Assembly (NCBI GenBank): GCA_032718475.1
Contig: JAUCBJ010004884.1
Location: 24,012 to 88,011 of the forward strand
Length of the DNA: 64,000 bases
Origin: Nemertoderma westbladi
Taxonomy: Eukaryota > Animalia > Xenacoelomorpha
Reading direction: 5' to 3'
In this document: positions 13,076 through 23,900 of the stretch, piece by piece
How the letters are laid out: each line of letters opens with the position of its first letter
Position numbering within the stretch: the stretch's first letter is position 1
Translations under genes and position numbers: made by a program
The notes under the pieces: model-generated
Databases searched by the model: none
The model's input: the letters and a program-made list of their open reading frames with translations, nothing else
Told to the model about the DNA's origin: nothing

Positions 13076-13253
13076 TAAAAAACTCTCAATTGCATTACTA
13101 AATTGTAATTTATTTTATAATTGAAATTAAAAGTAACTACATGTTTTCGTTCACACTGTTTGGTATCTCCCATTGGAATCGCATTATGTACTACACGCAT
13201 CATCATTCTCTGTATCTCATGACACGGATAGAAAATCATTAAAGTCTCGCATC

Positions 13254-15237
13254 ATGAACGAACCGCAACAGAAGACATCCAAAGAGACTCAAGCAACGAA
13301 AACGCCCTCAAACCAAGGGAGAGCAACTCTGATCAGTTCACGAAGTGGAGTACGTTCAGCAGCAACAAAACTAATGAAATCAATCGAAGATATTAGCACC
13401 TACGATGATCACAACAAAAACAGTAGACTGGCGATGTTGTTGGACTACAAAGATCGACTTAACTCATTAAACGAAAAGGTATGGTCTACCATGTCTGAAA
13501 CTGAACAGGACATTGACTCAGAGGTGTGTATAGAGTATGAGTTTAAATTAACAGATATTATTACTGGTTTTAGGTTATCATTTAAGACTTCAGAACGTGA
13601 TAGTAAAGTAGTATTGCCGGCAACCCCAAGTAACGATTTTGTCAGTACATCATACTCTAGTGCTGCTAATGCGTATGCAACCAGTTCACTAATTGCTAGG
13701 GATGTTTTGCCTAAACTAAGTCATGAAACTTTTGACGGTAATCCATTGCAATTTGTCACATGGCGTGATTCATTTATTAGCTCAGTTGAAGATTCTGGTC
13801 TACCAGATATTTTAAAATTGCGACATTTGCTACAATCATTAAAAGGTAGAGCCAAGGAACTTTTTAAAAACTTCCCTATTTCCGATGCAAACTATAAAAT
13901 AGCCTTGGATACATTACAACAGGAATATGGCCAAAAATATCGTATTATTCAGAGTCATATTGATGCTTTAAAGGGCATTTTTCATACTCACGGGAACACA
14001 TCCTAATTGCGTGCAGTATACAATACATGTACTACCACTATGCGTGCATTAAAAACATTAGATGTTCAACCAATTGAATACCAACGAATCATTATTCCTG
14101 AAGTATTAAAAACGTTAGATAATGACTTATCTAAACGTTTCTTACGAAAGAAAAACAATAACATTGATTCTATTGATTGGCTCATGGAAAATATTCACGC
14201 AGAACTAGCTACTATAGAAACACTAAATGAAATAAAATACGGCATTCAAATAAATCACAGCCAAGTTCAACAAAAATCAAGCTCATATGAACCACCTGGA
14301 TTGGCACCTTCAGCAGCGGCACTGGCTGTAAATGTCACAAAGCAACAACAAAACACTCACCAAAGACAATATTATTCTAGTACACAAAGGCCATCAAATT
14401 TCACAAATAAGGGTAAAGAAGTATCAAGGGGTAACACAACAACACCTAAATGCGTTTTTTGTGACCAACAACACTTTTCATCAAATTGTAATTTAATTCC
14501 CGAAGTTTCAAAACGAAAAGAATTTTTGAAGGACAAAAGGCGCTGCTTTAATTGCTTAAATGAAGGTCATAATATTCGTTATTGTTCACGACAAAAACCG
14601 TGTTATAAGTGTCATTACATGGGGCATCATACAGCTATTTGTACATGGAAAGATAAGACATATAATAGAAGTCAACAAGGCCCAGGAAATAATACAACAA
14701 CGGGTACGGCAGCTCAAAGTAACCTAGTAGGAGTAGTCCCTTCTTACAGTGACAATGACAATTATATATTTTTACAAACCGCGAAAGTCAAATGTGCCCT
14801 CGGTGTGGAGACTTCAATAAATACACTTTTCGATCAAGGTGCTACGTTAACATTCATTAGCAGACAGTTTGTCTTATCCCGAAGATAATGACTTTAATGT
14901 TGAGTTACTCATAGGAGCAGACCAATATTGGAAGTTCGTTTCTGGTACAATCATTCGAGCGACTAACTCTGACCTTGTAGCTGTTGATAGTGGCGTAGGT
15001 TGGTTACTGTCGGGTAGTATTTACAACAAAGTACACGCTTATTCCAATCACAAAGTTACAAATTTATGTACACCAGTTACATTAACAAATATAAGCTGCA
15101 ACAATCTTCAACAGAAAAACGATGATGACATGTTGTATAAATTATTCGAAACCTACTGCGATATAGAAAGTACAGGGATACAACCAGAAGATACAGAAGA
15201 AATGTTCAAGCATATATTCACATATGAACAAGGAAGG
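13254..15237 (+). pseudogene. Element A gag-protease region; in-frame stop at 14004-14006 and a deletion/frameshift near 14870
   Basis: LPKL..FDGNPLQFVTWRDSF (DUF1759-like); three BEL-type Cys/His knuckles (CVFC..H..C, CFNC...GH....C, CYKC...HH..IC); protease LFDQGA and LLIGAD. Confidence 0.9.
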
Positions 15238-15364
15238 TATAGAATTATATTCCCTAAATGCCGTGGATTTTCAAAATTTTATTTTTATTCGAATTAACTT
15301 TGTAAAGATTGCTTTGAGTTCTCATTCGTATTTGTTCTATCATTTGTACGCCTATTGGTCAAGT

Positions 15365-15451
15365 GGTTCAGTAGCTCAGTCGGTAGAGCGTTGGAAATTA
15401 TATGTGTAGTAGGTATTGAGTTCGAATCCTAGTAAGTGCGAATTAATTTTT
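15365..15451 (+). promoter_or_regulatory. tRNA-like Pol III internal promoter inside the LTR of element B (second copy at ~30045-30131)
   Basis: A box/D-arm TAGCTCAGTCGGTAGAGC; B box GAGTTCGAATCC at 15418-15429; T-run terminator at ~15447; acceptor and anticodon stems do not form. Confidence 0.7.
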
Positions 15452-15517
15452 GTGCAGAATTTCATCTCATTTAAATTGACCGCTACAAATTAAATTGCAT
15501 TCGTTTGTACCTAGATT

Positions 15518-15680
15518 AACCAATGAGACTGCAGTTATTAGATTGTATCCAATGTCGTGCAAGTTATACATTAGCTGGACCAATGGTTATCTTTAAAAAC
15601 CCAATATAATTATAGAATGTTCTCGATTGATTGCAGCACAAATTTGCTATATAAAGGTGCGATTTGTTCATTAGTTATCT
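15518..15680 (+). promoter_or_regulatory. Putative Pol II promoter of element B LTR: four spaced CCAAT boxes plus a TATA box
   Basis: CCAAT at about 15520, 15549, 15580 and 15601; CTATATAAAGG at ~15647; Inr-like TCATTAGTT at ~15668. Confidence 0.55.
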
Positions 15681-17961
15681 CATTGCTCTAACTCGTTGCA
15701 ATTCATTCTATTGAGTTATCTGATTTTGTTTATTCTGTCATTAGTTCTCAGATTACATTTTGTATTATTATCTGCAATAAATTCAGAAATACCGCTATCT
15801 GCTTTTCTTTTACCATGATTCACTACGGTGAACCCAGCTAAGGGACAGGATGGCCAGCTAGAGATCGGGCCGCAGCAATGAACGGGAACATCACGGGAAT
15901 GTAGGCAAGAGACAACCCGCAATACCATCTTGAGTTATTCGCCCATCGCCTGAAAGGTTAGACAGCGTTTGACGCCTTGCTACCTAAGTATAAGACCAAA
16001 AGATCAAAAGGTAGAAGTAGTGACACGCTGTGAGCCTAAAATTACATCTTAGGGACTGTACTGTCTTGATTCAGGAAAAAACCACAGTAGACCTTCACAT
16101 TCCTATGGGGGGGGAGAGAGAGAGCGCAGGCAGATACTAGTACGCAGATAGGACGTAGGCACACCGGTACGAAGCATACAAATTGGTAGGGTGCAGCAAA
16201 CTGTACGCCTAACTCTTGCTAAGTACAGGTGTGTGTGCGACTATTTGTAGTACGACAGTGTCCATTGCATTAGAACTTGTAGGCTAGGGGGGTTGCTGTG
16301 TTTTCACCTGAATTGGGATTGTACCGTTCAGGCGGTAGGGCAGTTTACAGCTAGGCGCAAATAAATTGAGGCTATTAGGGATACTAACATCTACCGTGTC
16401 CCCGCCAACGCCCTAATAGGAAGTTACCCGGACTACCTGGGTGACTAAAATTCTAGATAGGAGCCAGGATAGCTATTAGTAACTGTACGCCTACAGTAGT
16501 AAACTAACACATCTCTTCTTAGTATCAGGGACCTGGTACCTAAAATTGCCGAATTCTGGGCGTAGCATTAACCTTATGCCTGAATTTGAGTCCTGGAAAT
16601 ACGCAAGAGGGGAAGGAACCTTATCATTCGTGAGTATTGGACCTACAAGTTGAAAAATTAGAATATTCGTAAAATGCACACCGTACCCAGTAATTATATA
16701 TGTGAAGGAGCAAAACTGTTTTTGACCGTTCAGAATTAACACACGCGCGTTAGAAATTTATTTACACCTCAAAATATATAAAATTAACTTTTGTCCGTAC
16801 TGTGCTTTGCCCGCTAGTTAGACATCTCCAAATCTCTGCCTGTACCTAGCTAGCGTCTCTTCGCCCAAACCATATAAATCACACCGCGGCAAAGTGTACG
16901 AACCCCTTAGTCCGTCAGTGAGTCAGCCTGACTTTAGGATTCGCTGCGCGGGATTTTGTTTTATCGAAGTTTGTCTGCTCGTAGACTGTTTTCTGCCTCA
17001 CCGGTTATAAGAGATCGATACTGCAATATATTCGCTTACTTAGAGTTTACTGTTTTGGTGAGAAGGTCAGATTTATGATTTGATTTACAAACTTTACAGT
17101 AAGATATTGCAGGTATTGTTACTGTCTCTTCGAATAGTAGGAATGTGTTTTACTGAACTACGGTTCGGTAGGACTAAAGTTATTTGAAAATTTTGTATTT
17201 TGAGGTAAAAGTTTGTATTTGATTAGCTAAGTGCTAATTTTTTTTTTTTTTTTGAAATAAAATTTGATTTAAACCGCGTGTAAAATATTTTGGAATTGAA
17301 TACCGGTGTTTAAAAGGGTTTAAATACCATATTGTACCGGTACAAAATTTTTTCGTAAAGTAAAACCTAACTCTTTTGTTTTTTCAGGATTCAGAACTCA
17401 TTTCTAGACTGTAACGGGAGCAAGACCGTGTTTAGCAAGTTTGGGAGATAGATAACCCAACAACTTTGGTTGGGAAAATCGCGTTTCGTCCGCAACGTTA
17501 AAAACGGAAGGGTTCACTTCACGTCCGGTTTGTATCTGGGAATCTGTTTTTCTGGAGAATTATTGGAGTGGGTGAGTTCGAAAAGTTGCATAAATAAGTT
17601 AGGCATTACTGTATTAGTTAAAATTATTGTGGGTTCCACTGTCTCAAGTATTTATGCATTCCGTAAGATTTCTTTGTTCATTGCTGAATTAGTCCGTATT
17701 ATTGTATTTAATTTACCTTTTGATAACGCATATCGTTATCCGATTTATTTGTTATAAAATTGGCCGCTAGGCTAATTTTATTATATACTTATTCCGTGAC
17801 ATTTATTTGCTGTAAAATTGGCCGTTTAGGCTAATTTTATCCATCTGCTATAAAATCGGCCGGTAGGCTAATTTTATATGACTGTAATTAGTACCGTTTA
17901 GATATAAATACGGTAAACTCGATACTTTGACACTCACTTTACTTGACTTACAACTATCGAA

Positions 17962-20900
17962 ATGAGTGACAAACAAGACTATACGAAGAATACACAAACC
18001 GACTATGACTCATGTGACGCGGATAAGTCAGCAGCGGAAGAACAACAGGGGAAGACTCGCGAGCCTACCAAACCTACACCGTGTGCGTCACCAGTACATC
18101 CAGCGGGAGTACCGGATGCCGTAGTACGAGGCGACGGCAGGACCGAGGACTTTCTAACTGTTCCGCAACCTAGATACAGGGAAACGGACATGGTAAGTTC
18201 AGCAGGAAGTCAGGAAAGCGTTGTTAGGAGCGTCGGTGGATACATGGCGCATATAACCAGGAGTATTGGAGAAGGCCAACGCATATTAGACGAGTTGACC
18301 GCTCCGATGTCTCGATTCGAGTTCTACACCCTCCAGGTTAGAGTGCAAACTAGAGTACACAAGTCCGTAGATAACCTAATTGGTCTACAAGATCTAGCTA
18401 GACAGAGACAGGACATGGATACTCAACTTAGAATCCTCGAGAAACTAATGATCGCTAGAGAGAAACTGATTCAGTTTAAGTCGACGATTAGGCAGACACA
18501 ACAGGAACAAGTAGACCAGTTGTTAGGTGAGTCAGTTTCGGACGAATTATTGCAGCCCGAGGAAGAACAGGAACTGTACCGACTGGATGAACAATTGAAA
18601 CATCTGACGGACCACTTACGTATGTGCGGCGAAGACGTCGGCGATTTGGAAACCGTGCCGGAATATACGAGGGAAACTTCACCCGTACGAATCGAATCGG
18701 CACCGGGAATACTGGACCAATCGTTAGTGAGTATTCGCAGCGAAATTGGCGAGATAAGTATAGTGACGTCAGAAATTTCCAGACAGCAACAACAACATGA
18801 TAGACAACAACGGGAAGATGAGGAACAAGCTCAATTGTTGACGGCACAAGCGGCGGTAGAAGAAGAAAAACTACGTGTTGCGAATGTTGCAAGAATCTCT
18901 CATCTGCAAGAACAAGCCGAGTTGGAAGCGGCCGAGATGGAAAGGTTGGAGTTGGACATCGCCCAACAAGCGGCAGCGGCCGAGTTAGCGCAACGAACGG
19001 CAGCAGCAGCGGCTGAGTTAGAGCGACAGAGGTTAGTATCAGAAGCGAGAGCCGAGATGAAAAAACGGCAAATAAAGGCTCAATCAGCTATACGACAAGC
19101 GGAGTTCGAGGCGCAACAACAACAGACGGAACAACGCGAGAAGGAAGTTAAACTTCATTTCGAACTCGGGAAGAAGGCGAGAGAATTAGCCAACGCGAAG
19201 GAAGATCTGGATCTACAAGCCCGTGATCGATCGATGAGATCTCGAGACGGACATGACTTGGACCAGATAGAGGTAAGACATCGCCAAATTCAGGAACGGA
19301 AGAAGGAAGGAAGCGTAGGAGCACCCGGACGGGAACGACAATTAGTAAAGGACTTGTGTCAACGATTCCCACAGGTAACTCATATGTTTGCACCGGTTAC
19401 GACTAAGGAACCTGTTTCGATTGCTGGTAGTAGTAATATTTCTCCTATCCATGGTGCGACGGAACACAGGTTTGTTATTCCGGACAAGTTTACACCGCCA
19501 AGAGCAACGTCGTCGCCTATTCCGAAAGTCAAGGTAAGCAACCCGCCGATTACAGATCGTAGTAGTTTGTTGACTGGACCTGCACTACTGACGACTAAAC
19601 AGGTGAGTCCACCGTCGACACCTAAACCCGTTACACACTACGCTTACCCAATGACGTTTCGACCTGCAAGGCAAGTCGATTCAGCTGTTGCTCGACCACC
19701 GGTTCAGTTTACATCGCAATCTACGACTTCGAGGAAGACTTGTGAGCCTACCGAACAACGGAGAACAGTGGATACGCGACCGGTTCAGTTTACATCGCAA
19801 TCTACGACTTCGAGGAAGACTTGTGAGCCTACCGAACAATGGAGAACAGTGGATACGCGACCGGTTCAGTTTACATCGCAATCTACGACTTCGAGGAAGA
19901 CTTGTGAGCCTACCGAACAACGGAGAACAGTGGACGATATTCCGAAACGAAACGTGAGAATTCGTACGACGCAACGGACGCGAGCACGTCGACCACCATA
20001 TCCAGATGATAGTAGTACTTCAAGCGAATCGGATTACCCGAAACGCGAGGTATTTAGAACAGGGGCGGCCGATGAATATAAACGCGAGCGTTCAGACAAC
20101 TCCTTTGTAGACAATCCTCCACAGAATACACCAACACAGAAGGCGTTACAACCAACGGACGCAATCAGTACACAACAGTTCGCCGACATCCTGCGACCAG
20201 TTGTTAACAAGTTGGCTCAGATCGAGGAACGTCTGGAGGAAGGTTACACCGACAGTTCGAGAAATTCCGAATTCGAACACAATAGACACCCGAATGAACC
20301 ACAAAGACCGGTACCTTCAAAACATACATCGTATCAGGGAAAAGCGCCAAGAAGGGAGAACATCAACCAGGTTACCAACCAAGGACGCGAAACTCTGAAC
20401 GTTGCCGAGGAGATAGCGAAATTCGCAGCCAGGCAAGGATTGCCGGTACAACAACCACCGAAGTTTTCCGGTAGTTCAAAACACTGGCACACATTCGTAG
20501 ACTATATCGAATCTCAGATCGCCGTGTGCGCCTTTACATCACGGGAGAAGTTTAATTACCTGCTTCAAACGTTGTCAGGAGAACCTAAACGTTTGGCAGA
20601 GACCTTCGTTGGTGTACCGGACGCCTTCGAACTAGCGTACGATCGTTTAACTTCGATATACGGAGGTACAGTCAGTATGGCCAGGTCAGTAATAGAGGAA
20701 CTCTGTAAGGGAGGGGCTATTACTAAACCCGTCGACTTATTAAAACTTGCTGACGAGATAAGGAACGCTATCACTACTTTAAGATCCATTGGACAACTTG
20801 ACTACGGGAATACCCCTACAGTCCTATTAAAGATCATAGGACGACTCCACCATCGACTTCGTCGGGAGTGGAGAAAGATCGAATACCAGCGAGAAGAGCG

Positions 20901-23900
20901 GGGTGGATTCTTAAAACTGGAGGACGTGTACCTTTTAATATCCAGGGAGGCAGTAGTAGAAACTCGATCCAACTACACTGACCAGCACATCGTGGCAGAA
21001 GGAATCACATTGCCATCCTCCAACCGACAAAAACCCCAGACAACATCTACCAAGACGGCCACTTACGCCACACCAACGGAATCACGACAATTCTCGGACG
21101 GTAGTAGGGTATCTGCGCCCATTGGGACGAAACAGACGAGACAGCAACTTGGTACCGACTTCAGTGGCTGCCAATACTGCGAGCATTTAGGCAAGCGGTA
21201 TATCGGTCACAAGTTGCGAAGTTGTCGACAGTTTCGCGAGTTGAACTCGGAAGAACGACGGCTGCAAATACGGCCATTGGACTCTTGTTGGCGGTGTACG
21301 CGACACGGACACGTCCGTAAAGATTGCCCAAATACCGACACTTGTCCATCCTGTGGACGCAACCACGACGGTCTGCTCCACACGGACAGCCACACGCCGA
21401 CAAAACGCTTCGCCAGGGAACACCCGGAAGCAGCAGCGAGATGTGATGCGGCCTACAGAAAACGAGAATCGAAAACGACTCCAACCTTCGTGACCCATAT
21501 TGAGGATTGCTTCTCAGAACAATCCGGATCGTCGGACGAAGAGTCAGAAGACGACGACGTATATTCGGATGGAGATGAACAGCCATCGATCGCGCTTCTG
21601 ACTACTGACCAACTGAAGGGATTCAGTGTAATTCCGATTAAGATTACTGGCACAAAGGGGAGCAAGAGAATCTACGCGATTCTAGATTCAGCCTCATCTC
21701 ATAGCTACGTGGATGAAAAGATAGCTGACGTCGTGACGGATCTCAGACAAGGTAAGCGCGTCAGTTATACCGTAAGTAGTATGCACGGACAGCGTGCAAT
21801 ACCAGTGACACGAGTTAAGTTGGACTTAGACTCTCTTCTTCCAAAATCGCAACACAGCGAGAGGGAGAGGTCTTTGTTACCCTTCAAGGATCTGACTTTT
21901 GCGGCCACCAAAGACTTTAGTAACCTACTAGGTCCGGTCCCAGAACAATCCTTGGAGGACCGTAAGTATTTCAGACACCTTGGTGTACCTGAATGTCCTG
22001 TCAATTATAGATCGGTAGCAATGCTGATCGGGACGGACCAATTCAACCTACATCAGGTGTGGGAAACCAGACCATCGGCAGTCGTAGCGGGAAACGCATA
22101 CGCCTGCAGAACGCCGATAGGGTGGTATACTCGAGCGCCTGTGCGCACACTAGACGTAAGTGACGAGGAAGAAGATGTACAAAGTACATGTAGTTTACTA
22201 ACTACAAATTCAATCCATTCCTTTTCACACGATGTGGACCATACTACCTTACATACAAGACATGACAGACGTGTAACTAGTATGATAAGTCACAAGGAGC
22301 AGCTAATTCACCAGGTGCGGAAATCGATACAACATTGGCCTCCGTTATACGACAACAAGTCTAACACCATCCCTAAGGACGCCGAAATCAAGAAACCAAA
22401 AGAGGGGAAGGCAAAGAAAAAGACGACGGCGGCGAAACTCAAGAAAAAACCGAAGGCGAAATGGAAAGATATAACTTCAAAGGTCAAGAGAGGAAGACTT
22501 GCGAGCCTTTCTACACCAGACATATCGCCAGACGGTCAACCAGACACGTTACCAGACGGTCAACGAGACACGTTACTAGACGGTCAACCAGATGTTTTGC
22601 CAGACATATCACAAAATGTTCTACCAGACACTAGTGACATACTGACAAACAGTAAAGCCGCAGTTTCTCTATTGGAGCGGCCTTCTATTGACAAACAACC
22701 AGATACGTTACCAGACGTATCGCCAGACACATTACTAGACAGTCGACTAGACATTTTGTCAGAAACATCACAAAATGTTCTACCGGACATTAGTAATGTA
22801 TTGACTAACAGTAAAGCCGCAGTTTCCCTATTGGAGCGGCCTTGTATTGACAAACTACCAAATTTGACACACTTGAGCAACCATAAGCACGGTGAAACCT
22901 CATGTATTGCAGATGTGGGTAGTACCTACGCTAATGTAAATACAGGTGTTACTTTGCGCTCAAGAGACATACCGAACTTGCAACCTATGGTGAAACCTGG
23001 GATTAATGTCGGCAGAAAAATAAGTTTACCGAAACCTGCTGACCCCATAGAGTTCAAACCACCATTAACGATCGACTTACAAGGTACTGACAATCAAGGT
23101 AAGAAGACGAAGAAGGACAAATTACTTGTAGACCCGGACGGATCAACAGTCAACAAGGGAATACTTACCGGCGGACCCGTGGGCCCTTCTAGTAATTCAA
23201 AACCTTCCAAAATCTCCATTGAATTACCTGATGACGTCACAAATACTCACGTCGACCGGATTGTAAACTTAACAGATTCTTGGACGAACGCTTGCCGAAA
23301 ATTAGCGTGGATTGTACGTTTTGTACAATACGTTAAAGGCAAACGTGACTTTACACGTCGACTTACATTGGCTGAGATTGACAGGTGTGAAATTAAATTA
23401 ATTCGCCATTACCAACTGCGATATTTCGCGCGCGAATTCACATCCATAAATCAAGGTCAACCTATTAAGTCGTCACCAATACTGAGTTGGAGTCCGATAA
23501 TTTATAATGGCTTACTTTGTCATAAATCTCGGCTTCAAAACATTGACTTTAACACAAACTTTAGGTACCCAATAATAATACCGCAACACCACGAACTACA
23601 ACGTGCAATGATACTGGACGCACATTTACATCTGAAACACGCTGGAAGACACCACTGTCTTTCCTACTTACGTACAAGATTTGTATTGATTAGACCTAGT
23701 AAAGCGTTAAGTTCAGTGACACGTACGTGTATTATTTGTAAAAAGGTACATTCTAGAATAGGTACCCAGGAAATGAGTGAACTTCCACAAGCACGACTTC
23801 AAGCATTCAGACCACCTTTTACAGAGACTGGAATTGATTGCTTTGGTCCCATACATACGAAACGTGGACGTATACTAGTAAAACGCTGGGGACTGATTTT

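Larger units (their letters stand above)
15238..17136 (+). repeat. 5' LTR of element B (1899 bp, TA...TA)
   Basis: Direct repeat of 29918-31815, with about 14 substitutions and a 1-bp indel counted by eye. Confidence 0.95.

Noticed and set aside
15223-15242. 10-bp TSD GAAGGTATAG for element B
   Set aside because: TATAG is also present at the start of the 3' LTR, so it belongs to the LTR; the true TSD is the 5-bp GAAGG
15365-15440. Functional tRNA gene
   Set aside because: The acceptor and anticodon stems do not pair; only the D-arm and B box are retained
15716-16742. Small ORFs duplicated at 30396-31421
   Set aside because: They lie within the LTRs and are duplicated for that reason; no recognisable domains
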